This document shows positions 48,682 through 58,933 of a stretch of 64,000 nt of DNA, in pieces. A program made the position numbers and the translations under genes. Each line of letters begins with the position of its first letter. Position 1 is the stretch's first letter. The DNA is from Syntrophales bacterium (GTDB lineage: Bacteria > Desulfobacterota > Syntrophia > Syntrophales > PHBD01), in the NCBI GenBank assembly GCA_963668175.1, contig OY764159.1:3232001-3296000 (forward strand), in the 5' to 3' direction. Under the pieces are notes generated by a model. It did no database searches. It had not been told where the DNA came from and saw nothing but the letters and a program-made list of their open reading frames with translations.

Positions 48682-49068
48682 ATGAAAGTCTGTTTTGCCA
48701 TTGAAAAAGACGACGGCCTGGAAAGCGCCGTCTACAATCACTTCGGTTCGGCGCCTGCGTTCATGATCGTGGACACGGAGCGTCAAAATGCAGACACGAT
48801 CGTCAATCGCGATATGATCCATGTGCACGGGGCATGTAACCCCATGATGGCCCTGGGCGGCCGGGACGTGGACGCCGTCGTGGTGGGCGGCATCGGCGGC
48901 GGGGCGCTTTCGAAGCTCAATGCCTCCGGCATCCGTGTCTTCGGGATAGTGGCCCCGACGGTCAGGGAAAACCTGGATTTGCTGACGGCGGGCGGATTAC
49001 CGGAACTTTCCCTGGAACACGCCTGTGGAGGCCACCAGCACAGGAACGGCTGCGGCCATTCGCTCTAG
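48682..49068 (+). CDS. NifB/NifX-family (FeMo-co binding-like) protein
   Basis: HFGSAPAF, VDAVVVGGIGGGA, GIRVF, TVRE; His/Cys-rich tail HACGGHQHRNGCGH. Confidence 0.88.
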   Translation: MKVCFAIEKDDGLESAVYNHFGSAPAFMIVDTERQNADTIVNRDMIHVHGACNPMMALGGRDVDAVVVGGIGGGALSKLNASGIRVFGIVAPTVRENLDLLTAGGLPELSLEHACGGHQHRNGCGHSL

Positions 49069-49116
49069 GGAATACCGCAACCGTATTATTCAACGCGAAG
49101 ATAAGGACGGAAGGAA

Positions 49117-49350
49117 ATGCCGATTTACGAATATAGATGCATGGACTGTGGAGGTGTGAGTGAAATTCTTGTCCTGGGGAAAAGCGACTCCGTCAGATGC
49201 AAGGATTGCGGCGGGACCGTGCTGACCAAGCTGATGTCCGCCCACAATGCGCCTGCGGCCTCTTCCGGCCGCGAGACGCCGGAATCCGGACGGTGCTGCG
49301 GCTCTCGCCAGCACTGCGGGAACCCGGGCGGTTTCTGCTGCAATTCGTAA
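49117..49350 (+). CDS. FmdB-family zinc-ribbon protein
   Basis: MPIYEYRCMDCG...CKDCG...KLMS with a Cys-rich tail. Confidence 0.88.
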   Translation: MPIYEYRCMDCGGVSEILVLGKSDSVRCKDCGGTVLTKLMSAHNAPAASSGRETPESGRCCGSRQHCGNPGGFCCNS

Positions 49351-49397
49351 CGGCGGACCTTTCTTCTTATGACATCATTTCATCACGGGAGGACGAC

Positions 49398-50378
49398 ATG
49401 TTTCATGAAGAAGATTGCAATCTGTGCGGGAAGTGCCTGGAGTTTTGCCCCTACGTCGATTACGACCTCAAGCGGGCCAGGGAGGAGATGAAAGCGTTGG
49501 TCGCGGGCGGAACGCCGCCCATCGTGGGTCATTGCGTCACTTGCGCCTCGTGCAATTTGGTTTGCCCGACGCAGGCCAATCCTTTCGATTTATTGAACAA
49601 GCGCCAGGAAGAGACGGGGGCGCTGGGCGTCCCGGAACAGGCGATGCAGAATTTCGCCAAGCTCCACGGCCTGCCGACCGTCGTCAAGAAGGGCGAGGCG
49701 GGCAAGCCGGTGCTGAACCTCTGCATCGTCGGCGACATGGTACGCGAACTCCTGGACAATCCGCTGTTCGAGGGTCTGACGGTCGTTGAAGGCGCGGACT
49801 ATTTTTGCACCGTCGGGTATATCCACCTGGGAAAGCCGAGCCCCGTGAAGAAGGAAGCCAAGAGGTATATCGATAACCTCGCCGCCCTGGGGGCCGAAGA
49901 GGTGGTCTGCTTCCATGACGACTGCTACACGATGCTGACGTCGCTTGCCAAAGAGTACGGCCTGAAAGTGCCCTTCCGGCCCGTCCATATCTTTGAGTAC
50001 CTTTACCGGGAGCTTAAGAAACGCGGAAACCTCAAGAAAGTTCCCGTCAGCGTGGCCTACCAGTCCCCCTGCGCATCGCGCTATACCCAGGGCAAGGACA
50101 TCTATCTCGACTGGATTTTCGAACTGCTGGGCGTGGAGAGGCCGGCCCGCAAGTACGAAAGGACGAACGCCCTCTGCTGCGGCGCCCCCCTCATGGCCCG
50201 CGACAAGGACAGGGCGGCGCAGGTGAAGAAATGGAATATCGACGACGCCAAGAAAGCCGGGGCCGAAGCGATGGTCTTTCTCTGCCCCATGTGCTACCTG
50301 AACCTCAGGAAACTCTGCAAAGACGACGCCATCAATCCGATCTTCATCACGGAACTCTGCAAACAGGCCCTGGCCTGA
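49398..50378 (+). CDS. 4Fe-4S dicluster plus CCG-domain protein (HdrD/GlpC-like)
   Basis: CNLCGKCLEFCP, CVTCASCNLVCP, YQSPC, LCCGAP, CPMC; GGAGGA RBS. Confidence 0.88.
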   Translation: MFHEEDCNLCGKCLEFCPYVDYDLKRAREEMKALVAGGTPPIVGHCVTCASCNLVCPTQANPFDLLNKRQEETGALGVPEQAMQNFAKLHGLPTVVKKGEAGKPVLNLCIVGDMVRELLDNPLFEGLTVVEGADYFCTVGYIHLGKPSPVKKEAKRYIDNLAALGAEEVVCFHDDCYTMLTSLAKEYGLKVPFRPVHIFEYLYRELKKRGNLKKVPVSVAYQSPCASRYTQGKDIYLDWIFELLGVERPARKYERTNALCCGAPLMARDKDRAAQVKKWNIDDAKKAGAEAMVFLCPMCYLNLRKLCKDDAINPIFITELCKQALA

Positions 50379-50484
50379 CATGAAACAACGCCCTGCCGTC
50401 GGCCCCGGTAAACCGGGCGCGGCGGCAGGGTCATTTTAAGAATTAAAACGGCCCTTCCCGGCCGCACCCAAGGGAGGCACGACC

Positions 50485-51444
50485 ATGACGACGCCGAGCA
50501 CGATCCACGAGATCGACCGTGTGGAGATTCTGACCCTTCAGGACAATTACATCGATCTTACCGCAACGGACAACAGCGCGATCATCAAAAGGGCCATGAC
50601 CCTCAAGGACGGCCATATCCGCAAATCGATCCTGTCGGAACACGGCTTCGCGGCGATTGTCAGAACAACCAGGGGCGAAACGACGCATACGGTCCTCTTC
50701 GACACGGGCTTCTCCGAAATCGGCGCCGTATACAACGCCAACGCCCTGGGGGTGGATCTCGCCTCCGTGGAGGCCATCGCGCTCTCCCATGGACACATGG
50801 ACCATGCCGGGGGCTTTATGGCCATGGCGGCGGCGATGCCCCGCAAAGGCATCCCCGTGGTGGTCCATCCCGTCGTCTTCCGGGAGCCTCGTTATCTCAA
50901 GATCAAGGAATACATCAACATCGGCATGCCGTCCCTGACGAGGGAGCAGATCGCCGAAGCGGGCATGAAACTCGTAGAAACAAGGACTCCCATGGCCCTG
51001 GCAGGGGGCGACGTCCTGTTTCTCGGCGAAGTTGCCCGACGGACGGACTTCGAAAGGGGATTCCCCATAGCCCACTATCAGGAAGAAGGCGTCGAGAAGT
51101 GGGACCCTATTGAAGACGATACCTCGCTCGTCATGAACCTCCGCGGCAAGGGCCTCGTCATCCTTTCGGGATGCGCCCATTCGGGCATCGTCAACACGGT
51201 GTATTACGCCCGGGAGGTCACCGGCGTGGAAACCGTCCACGTCATTATGGGCGGATTCCATTTAAGCGGACCGCTCTTCGAAGCGATCATCGAACGAACA
51301 ACGGATGAGTTGAAAAAAATCAACCCCTCTTATATCATACCCACCCACTGCACGGGACGCAAGGCCTCGGCCCACATGGAGAAGGAGATGCCCGGCAGCT
51401 TCATTCTCAACATGTCGGGAACAAAGCTGACTTTCAACGCCTGA
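50485..51444 (+). CDS. MBL-fold metallo-hydrolase
   Basis: SEHGF, LFDTG, LSHGHMDHAGG, GCAHSG, GGFHL, PTHCTG. Confidence 0.9.
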   Translation: MTTPSTIHEIDRVEILTLQDNYIDLTATDNSAIIKRAMTLKDGHIRKSILSEHGFAAIVRTTRGETTHTVLFDTGFSEIGAVYNANALGVDLASVEAIALSHGHMDHAGGFMAMAAAMPRKGIPVVVHPVVFREPRYLKIKEYINIGMPSLTREQIAEAGMKLVETRTPMALAGGDVLFLGEVARRTDFERGFPIAHYQEEGVEKWDPIEDDTSLVMNLRGKGLVILSGCAHSGIVNTVYYAREVTGVETVHVIMGGFHLSGPLFEAIIERTTDELKKINPSYIIPTHCTGRKASAHMEKEMPGSFILNMSGTKLTFNA

Positions 51445-51640
51445 AAAAACCGTCTCGCCGCCATTGACGAAACGGGAGGGTGTGACTACATTAGTCGGAT
51501 TAGCAGCACCCCCGGTTCGGCACAGGTGAAGTATTGGTAAATCATCGATAATCCGTTAATACCTTCAAACGCTTTTTTTAATCCGCCGTCAGGCGGATGT
51601 TTTATCATATAGACAAGGTAAGGAATGAAAGGAGACACGA

Positions 51641-52330
51641 ATGGAGTTAACGCAAGCTGTCAAAGAAAGGCGCAGCATAAGAAAATTTAAAGCGGACAAG
51701 GTGCCGAGGGAGATCGTCGCGGACATCCTTGCCGATACGCAATGGGCCCCGTCCTGGGGCAATACCCAGCCGTGGGAATTCTATGTATTGACAGGCAAGC
51801 CGCTTGAGGAATTCCGCAAGGAAAATGCCGAATTGGTAGGTAAAGTACCGATCGCGCCCACCCCGGTTGCCCCGACGGATGTTCCGATGCCCGAGATCGA
51901 GGTATGGCTTGATCCCATGAAGAAACGGTACGGGGAGACCGGCAGACTGCTCTTCACGGCCCTCGATATCCAAAGGGGCGACAAGGAAAGCCGCAACCGC
52001 TATTACGCGGAAATGGCCCGCCTGTTCGATGCCCCCTGCCTGATCATCGCCTGCATCCCGAGGAGTGTCCTCGTGGAGTACGGCATGCTCGACGTAGGCC
52101 TGGCCATGCAGACGCTTTGTCTGCTGGCCCACGACCGGGGCCTCGGCACATGTATCATGGCCGTTTCTGCCCGCAACCCGCAATTATTAAGAAAAATAGC
52201 TTCCATCCCGGAGGACAAGCGCGTCATCATGGGCATCGCCATGGGCTACCCCGACGAGAGCGCCCCCATCAACCGGTTCGAGAGAACGCGGGCGACAAGC
52301 GAAGAATTCGTTCACTGGGTGGACGGCTGA
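51641..52330 (+). CDS. Nitroreductase family protein
   Basis: RRSIRKF, APSWGNTQPW, FDAP, GLGTC, MGYPD. Confidence 0.9.
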   Translation: MELTQAVKERRSIRKFKADKVPREIVADILADTQWAPSWGNTQPWEFYVLTGKPLEEFRKENAELVGKVPIAPTPVAPTDVPMPEIEVWLDPMKKRYGETGRLLFTALDIQRGDKESRNRYYAEMARLFDAPCLIIACIPRSVLVEYGMLDVGLAMQTLCLLAHDRGLGTCIMAVSARNPQLLRKIASIPEDKRVIMGIAMGYPDESAPINRFERTRATSEEFVHWVDG

Positions 52331-52944
52331 CAGAACCTGATCACACAAACCTGCAACGCCGCCGGCATGAGGCAGAGAAAGACTCGGCCTCCGGCCGGCG
52401 GCGCCGGGCGGCCATACAATACCGGGACACAGGCCAATAGAAACCTTCTCAAGGTCCGGCGGACGCCCGGCGTCCTATCCTTCCTCTCTCCCCGGCAGAT
52501 TCCCGAGAGAACGCCTGAAACATGGAACATATCTTGCTTGATTATGACAGGCGGCTACACCATGGAGACCGGTCCCTTTCTTGTTTGTAAGGCATTGGCG
52601 TCCCCTTTTCCTGTCCATCTTCTCCATAACCGCATTATTCAACTGTTTTAAGATGCTTACGGCGTAAAGCGACATTTCTGCCGTCGGGGCGCAGGTGACC
52701 GATCCCGGCGGGCGACGACGGAAGAAAAGGCCAAAAAAATAATTTGTTACATTCGATTGACAGGTCGTGAAGATTTATGTATGTTCCTCAACCAGTTTAT
52801 AAAGGTGAGTGCGGTGGCCTGGAAGCGTCCGATGAGACGCCGAACAGGTCTCTCTTTTTTTTGGGAAGAGGGGCCGCAGCCACAACGGCCGCTTACGGCG
52901 GAAATGAGGCCCCGGCCCGTCACACGGGTTATTTTAACGGGACC

Positions 52945-54135
52945 ATGGATCGTATGAAGTCAGCAGACACTCATTTGAAAAGATATCTCCAGTCAGGATT
53001 TCTCCTTCTCCTTGCCTTGCTCGTCGCTTCCTGCTCCCCAGGCAAAGCGGAAAAACGGGCTGTCCCGGAAATACCGGTGAGCACAGGCAAGTCGGCATTG
53101 AAAGACATCCCCTTCCAGATTCGCTCCATCGGCAACGTGGAGGCGTTCAACACCGTTTCCGTCAAGGCCCAGATCAACGGCGAACTCATCAAGGTTTACG
53201 TCAAGGAAGGGCAATACGTAAACAAGGGCGATATGCTCTTCAAAATCGACCCGAGATCTTTCGAGGCCTCGCTGAAGCAGGCCGAGGCCAATCTCGCCAG
53301 GGACAGGGCCCTGGCGAAAAAGGCGAACGACGATGTCGAAAGGTACAGCTTTCTTATTCAAAAAGGGTACGTCGCCAAGCAGGAATTCGACCAGGTGAAA
53401 TCGAACGCGGAGGCCTTAAATGCCACAGCCAGGGCCGATGTCGCCGTCGTGGACAACAACCGGGTGCAGCTTGAATACACGAATATCCGTTCCCCCATCA
53501 GCGGGCAGGTCAGCAACAACCTGGTCAACGCCGGGAATGTCGTCAAGGCCAACGACGCCGCCCTGACCAGCATCAACCAGATCAGCCCCATCTTCGTAAC
53601 CTTCACGGTCCCGGAGGTCTATCTGGCGGAAATCAAAAAATACATGACAGGGGGAAAGCTCAAGATCGTCGCCACCATCCCTGGGCAGGAACAGAATCCC
53701 GAAACGGGGATTCTCTCTTCCCTCGATAACACCGTGGACAAGGCAACAGGAACGATCAGGCTGAAGGGAACCTTCGATAATAAGGGGCGTCGCCTCTGGC
53801 CGGGCCAGTTCGTCAACGTCATCCTCGACCTCTATGTCCAGAATAACGCCGTCGTCGTTCCGTCGCCGGCCGTCCTGTCGGGACAGGCGGGCCAGTATGT
53901 CTACGTCGTCAAGAACGACCTCACCGTCGAGTTGAGAAACGTCGATGTGTCGAGGACCTACGGCGGCGAAACGGTCATCGCCAAGGGCCTGAAGGAAGGC
54001 GAACAGGTCGTGACGGACGGACAACTCCTTCTTACGAACGGGTCCAAAATCCAGATCAAACCGGCCGTCAAGCCGGACAATGGGAGCAATGGAGGCCCGT
54101 CCGGGGTTCCGGACAACAAGGAAGCCAATAAGTGA
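52945..54135 (+). CDS. RND efflux periplasmic adaptor (MdtA-like lipoprotein)
   Basis: Lipobox-like LVASC, KEGQYVNKGD, IRSPISG, DNTVDKATGTI, LWPGQFV. Start 52945 or 52954. Confidence 0.9.
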   Translation: MDRMKSADTHLKRYLQSGFLLLLALLVASCSPGKAEKRAVPEIPVSTGKSALKDIPFQIRSIGNVEAFNTVSVKAQINGELIKVYVKEGQYVNKGDMLFKIDPRSFEASLKQAEANLARDRALAKKANDDVERYSFLIQKGYVAKQEFDQVKSNAEALNATARADVAVVDNNRVQLEYTNIRSPISGQVSNNLVNAGNVVKANDAALTSINQISPIFVTFTVPEVYLAEIKKYMTGGKLKIVATIPGQEQNPETGILSSLDNTVDKATGTIRLKGTFDNKGRRLWPGQFVNVILDLYVQNNAVVVPSPAVLSGQAGQYVYVVKNDLTVELRNVDVSRTYGGETVIAKGLKEGEQVVTDGQLLLTNGSKIQIKPAVKPDNGSNGGPSGVPDNKEANK

Positions 54136-57100
54136 CCATCTCGGAAACCTTCATACGCCGACCGATCATGACGACCCTGGTCATGATCGCCATCCTGCTC
54201 TTCGGACTCGTCGGATACCGTCTTCTGCCGGTAAGCGACCTTCCCAACGTCGACTTTCCGACCATCAATGTGACGGCGAACCTCCCCGGGGCGAGCCCCG
54301 AGACCATGGCGGCATCGGTGGCCATGCCGCTGGAAAGGCAGTTCTCCACCATCGCCGGCGTCGATTCCATGACATCGACAAACGCCCTCGGCGTCACCCA
54401 GATCACCCTGGTCTTCAATTTAGGCCGCGACATCGACGCCGCCGCGCAGGACGTGCAGTCCATGATCTCCAAGGCGTCGCGCCTGCTGCCGCCGAACCTG
54501 CCGACTCCGCCCGCGTACCAGAAGGTCAACCCCGCCGATCAGCCGATCATGTACCTGGCCGTCAGTTCGCCGGTAATGCCCCTTTATCAGGTTCACGAGT
54601 ATGCCGACACCCTCATCGGACAAAGGATATCGATGATCAACGGGGTGGCGCAGGTCCAGATATTCGGGTCCCAGAAGTATGCCGTCCGGGTCCAGCTCGA
54701 CCCAAACGCCATGGCCGCGAAGAACATCGGGATCAACGAGGTGGCGAGCGCGGTCAGAAACAGCAACGTCAACCTCCCCACCGGATCGATGCCGGGCTCC
54801 CATACGGAATACACGATCCAGGCCACGGGGCAACTGTATAGCGCCGCGGCGTACCGCCCCGTCATCGTGACGTACAGGAACGGCAACCCGGTGCGCCTGG
54901 GCGAACTGGGAAGGGTCGTGGACAGCATCGAGAACGACCGGATCGCAAGCTGGTTCACCAATACGCGGGCCATCGTCCTGGCCATCCAGCGCCAGCCCGG
55001 AACGAACACCATCGAAATCGTCGACGCCATTCGGAAGCTCCTGCCGTCTTTCCGGCAGCAGATCCCCGGCTCCGTCAATATCGACATCCTTTACGACCGG
55101 TCGGAGTCGATCAAGGCCTCGGTTTCGGACGTCAAGTTCACGCTCTTTCTCTCCGTCTGTCTTGTCGTGCTCGTGATTTTCCTCTTTCTCCGCAACCTTT
55201 CGACGACCATCATCCCGAGCCTCGCCCTCCCCATGTCCATTATCGGCACTTTCGCCGTGATGTATTTCCTCGGATACAGCATCGACAACTTCTCCCTGCT
55301 GGCCCTGGTGCTCGCCGTCGGGTTCATCGTCGACGACGCCATCGTCATGCTGGAAAACATCGTCCGCCATATCGAAATGGGCGAGAGCGTCATGCGGGCG
55401 GCCTTCAACGGCTCCAAGGAGATCGGTTTCACGATCCTTTCGATGACCTTGTCGCTCGTCGCGGTCTTCATCCCGGTCCTTTTCATGCCGGGCATTCTCG
55501 GCCGCCTCCTGCACGAGTTCGCCGTGGTCATCAGCACGGCCATCCTGGTCTCGGGCTTCGTGTCGCTCACCCTGACGCCGATGCTCTGCAGCCGCTTCAT
55601 CCGTCACAACGGCGGCCGGAAACACAGCCGTCTTTACGATTATTCGGAACGTGTCTTCAAGGCGATGCTCTCGGGATACGAACGCAGCCTCCGGGCGGTT
55701 CTCCGCCGCCGCCGCCTCATCATGGCCGCCAACGGCGTCATCCTGGTGGTCACCGTTTTACTCTTCGTATTCTACCCCCGGGGCTACGGATTCATCCCGA
55801 CGGACGACACGGGCCGCATTCTGGCCTTCACCGAGGCCCAGCAGGGTATCTCCTTCGATTCGATGAGGGACCATCAGCTCGTCCTGACGGATATCATTAG
55901 GAAGGACCCCGACGTCGCCGATTTCATGTCGAGCATCGGCCCCAGCGGATCGACACCCACCGGCAATATCGGGAGGATCATGATGCGCCTCAGGGATCGT
56001 CCGGAACGGAAGAGAAGCGTCGACGAGGTCATCCGGCAGTTCGCCCCGAAACTTTCACAGATCCCCGGCATCCGGGTCTTCATGCAGAACCCGCCGCTGA
56101 TCACGATCGGCGGCCGCCTGACGAAGAGCCTCTACCAGTTTACGCTCCAGAGCCCCGACACGGAAGAGCTCTACCGGAATGCCGTCCTCTTCGAGCAGAA
56201 GATGGCGAAAATTCCCATTTTGCAGGATGTAACGAGCGACCTCCAGATCAAGAACCCCCAGGTCAACGTGGCGATAGACAGGGACAAGGCGTCCGCGCTC
56301 GGCATCTCGGCCCAGCAGGTCGAAGACGCACTCCAGACCGGCTACAGCCAGCAGCAGATATCCACGATTTACGCGCCGAACAACCAATACCAGGTCATCA
56401 TGGAACTGGACCGGGCCTATCGGAACGAACCGTCGCTCCTGTCTTTGCTCTATCTCAAATCTTCCGCCGACCAACTGGTGCCGCTTTCCACCGTGACGAC
56501 CGTGAACCGGAATGCCGGACCTTTGCTGGTCAACCATTCCGGCCAGTTCCCCTCCGTGACGATCTCCTTCAATACGAGGCCGGGCGTTTCCCTCGGAGAA
56601 GCGGTTTCCGCCGTGGATAAGCTCGCCAGGGAAACGCTGCCGTCGAAAATCACCGGCAACTTCCAGGGCTCCGCCCAGGCATTCGAGTCTTCCCTGCGCG
56701 GCCTCTGGATACTCCTGATCCTCGCGATCGTCGTGATCTACATCGTGCTGGGCATCCTCTACGAAAGCTTCATCCACCCCCTGACGATCCTTTCCGGACT
56801 GCCCTCCGCAGGATTCGGGGCGCTCATGACGCTTCTCATTTTCGGCTACGAGCTCAACATCTATTCTTTTGTCGGGATTATTCTGCTGATCGGAATCGTT
56901 AAGAAGAATGCCATCATGATGATCGATTTCGCCTTAGAGTCCCAGAGGAAAGAGGGCAAAACGCCCGTCGAGGCCATCTTCGGCGGTTGTATCGTCAGGT
57001 TCCGCCCCATCATGATGACGACCATGGCGGCTCTCATGGGCACGCTGCCGATCGCCCTCGGTTTCGGCGCCGGGGCGGAATCGCGTCGGCCGCTGGGACT

Positions 57101-57260
57101 GGCCGTCGTCGGCGGTCTCGTCTTCTCACAGTTGGTTACGCTCTACCTTACGCCCGTCTTCTATACCTACATGGAGTCTTTCCTGGCCAGGGTCCGCGGG
57201 CTCACTTTCTTCCGCACGCGTTCTCTGAAGGAGGCCGAAAGCGGCGGACAGCATCCCTGA
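54132..57260 (+). CDS. RND efflux permease (MdtB/MdtC-like)
   Basis: FIRRPIMTTL, LPNVDFPTI, GFIVDDAIVMLENI, GIVKKNAIMMIDFA, RFRPIMMTT. Confidence 0.93.
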   Translation: MTISETFIRRPIMTTLVMIAILLFGLVGYRLLPVSDLPNVDFPTINVTANLPGASPETMAASVAMPLERQFSTIAGVDSMTSTNALGVTQITLVFNLGRDIDAAAQDVQSMISKASRLLPPNLPTPPAYQKVNPADQPIMYLAVSSPVMPLYQVHEYADTLIGQRISMINGVAQVQIFGSQKYAVRVQLDPNAMAAKNIGINEVASAVRNSNVNLPTGSMPGSHTEYTIQATGQLYSAAAYRPVIVTYRNGNPVRLGELGRVVDSIENDRIASWFTNTRAIVLAIQRQPGTNTIEIVDAIRKLLPSFRQQIPGSVNIDILYDRSESIKASVSDVKFTLFLSVCLVVLVIFLFLRNLSTTIIPSLALPMSIIGTFAVMYFLGYSIDNFSLLALVLAVGFIVDDAIVMLENIVRHIEMGESVMRAAFNGSKEIGFTILSMTLSLVAVFIPVLFMPGILGRLLHEFAVVISTAILVSGFVSLTLTPMLCSRFIRHNGGRKHSRLYDYSERVFKAMLSGYERSLRAVLRRRRLIMAANGVILVVTVLLFVFYPRGYGFIPTDDTGRILAFTEAQQGISFDSMRDHQLVLTDIIRKDPDVADFMSSIGPSGSTPTGNIGRIMMRLRDRPERKRSVDEVIRQFAPKLSQIPGIRVFMQNPPLITIGGRLTKSLYQFTLQSPDTEELYRNAVLFEQKMAKIPILQDVTSDLQIKNPQVNVAIDRDKASALGISAQQVEDALQTGYSQQQISTIYAPNNQYQVIMELDRAYRNEPSLLSLLYLKSSADQLVPLSTVTTVNRNAGPLLVNHSGQFPSVTISFNTRPGVSLGEAVSAVDKLARETLPSKITGNFQGSAQAFESSLRGLWILLILAIVVIYIVLGILYESFIHPLTILSGLPSAGFGALMTLLIFGYELNIYSFVGIILLIGIVKKNAIMMIDFALESQRKEGKTPVEAIFGGCIVRFRPIMMTTMAALMGTLPIALGFGAGAESRRPLGLAVVGGLVFSQLVTLYLTPVFYTYMESFLARVRGLTFFRTRSLKEAESGGQHP

Positions 57261-57322
57261 TCCGCAAGTTCGCATCGGCCAACGGACTCACCCGCACATT
57301 CAGTGCCGCTCCCTGAGGTACG

Positions 57323-58660
57323 CTATCTCAATCCCATAGCCCGTTCCGCGCTCGCCTGGGCGATCTTGAAATTATAGAGCGCCGCAATATAGGACGTCTT
57401 GGCGTTGGACTGGGCGACGAGCGAATCGGTCACTTCGATGGGGTTTCCCAGACCCGCGGCGTAACGGCCGTTGGCGATATCCAGGTTGTCGTCGGCCTGC
57501 CGGACGGCCAGTTCCGAGGCGACGATCTGATTTCTCGCCAGTTCCAGGTTCAGGAAGACCTGCTGGACTTCCAGATAGATGGACTGCCGGAGGGCTTCTT
57601 CGTTGGCCTTCAGGGCATCCAGGTTCGCCTTCGCTTCGTCCATCTGGTACTTGGTCGAGTTGCCGCTGAAGATGGGAACCGTCAACTGCGCACCCACGGT
57701 CCATCCCCGTTCAAGGGGGAACACCTGGTTGTCGACGATGTAGTTGGCCGACCCTGTGATATTGGGGTAGTAACCTTTCTTTGCCAGGTCGTAACTCTTC
57801 TGGAGGGAACTTTCGCGCAGGAGGACGGCCTGCAGGTCGGGGCGCTGGGCATAGGCCTTCTTCACCGCGTCGTCAAAGGCTATCGCGTAGGGCTGGTAGG
57901 CCAGGTTGTCCTGGATGCCGTATTCCGGCGCCTCGGGAAACCCCATGGCGTTGTTAAGATTGACCTTGGCGATCCGGACGTTGTTCTCCGCTGTAAGGAG
58001 TGTTATCTTGGCGTTGCTCAGGTCGACCTCGGCCTTCGTCACGTCGAACCTCGCCTTGACGCCGACCTGGAAAAAACCGTTCGCCTGATCGAGATGCGCC
58101 TGAAACTGCCGGACCGTCGCCGCGGCAACGTCGCGCGTCCTCTGGGTCTGGAGGAGGCTGTAATAGTATTGCTTGACGGTGAAGACGATGAGGCTCGTAA
58201 CGTTCTGCATATCCTGCTGCGAGGCGTCCCTGTTCAGGCTCTGGATGCGGACCTGGTCGGCCGTTCTGCCGAAATCGACGATGTTCTGGGTCAGGACGAT
58301 CGCGCTATAGTAGTCGCTGTAAGGAAGCAGCGCCGCCTGGGACGTGTTGATGGTCGTGACCGGCTGGTTATTCCTGGTGTAAGCGGAATTCCAGTTGATC
58401 TGCGGGAAGTAGTTCGCCCTGGCCTGCCCTATTCTGCTTTCGCTCACCTTGATATTGTAAGCGGCAGCCATGATGTTCGGCTGCCTCTTGACGGCGATCT
58501 CGATGCAGCGGTTGACGTCTATCGTTTCTCCCTTCCGGATGAGTTCCTCCGCACCGGCTCCGGAGGGCGTACCCAGAATAACCAGGACGGCGCCTAAAAA
58601 GAGCTGCACGGTTGTCAGCCATCGCCTCCCGGAATGAATGTAAACACGATGTTCTTTCAA
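57323..58660 (-). CDS. TolC-family outer-membrane efflux protein
   Basis: Two OEP repeats (…YFPQI…, …YYPNI…, RYAAGLG). TTG 58660 after AGGAGGAG. Confidence 0.9.
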   Translation of the reverse strand: MKEHRVYIHSGRRWLTTVQLFLGAVLVILGTPSGAGAEELIRKGETIDVNRCIEIAVKRQPNIMAAAYNIKVSESRIGQARANYFPQINWNSAYTRNNQPVTTINTSQAALLPYSDYYSAIVLTQNIVDFGRTADQVRIQSLNRDASQQDMQNVTSLIVFTVKQYYYSLLQTQRTRDVAAATVRQFQAHLDQANGFFQVGVKARFDVTKAEVDLSNAKITLLTAENNVRIAKVNLNNAMGFPEAPEYGIQDNLAYQPYAIAFDDAVKKAYAQRPDLQAVLLRESSLQKSYDLAKKGYYPNITGSANYIVDNQVFPLERGWTVGAQLTVPIFSGNSTKYQMDEAKANLDALKANEEALRQSIYLEVQQVFLNLELARNQIVASELAVRQADDNLDIANGRYAAGLGNPIEVTDSLVAQSNAKTSYIAALYNFKIAQASAERAMGLR

Positions 58661-58933
58661 TATTCTCCTCCTGCCCTTACATCTGTCCGGCCTATCCGAA
58701 ACCCGGGATACGGTCGTCCGCACAGATGTTATTATACGATGTCGGAAACCCTGTCAAATGATACCCTTTTCGCTGTTGCCATCACGGCTTTTTACCGTCC
58801 CGGCCGCACGCCTGAGCCGGAAACAATTTTCTGGCATTCGCCCGGCCAAGGGTCTACAATACGCAAGCAGGCCGGCCGTAGGAACGATGACCGTTCTGCG
58901 GCATAAAGCTTCGGCAACAAGGGGGATATTCTC

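Noticed and set aside
51581..51598. REP-like hairpin ATCCGCC-gtca-GGCGGAT (similar short hairpin near 63772-63790)
   Set aside because: Too few and too divergent copies in the window to call a repeat family.
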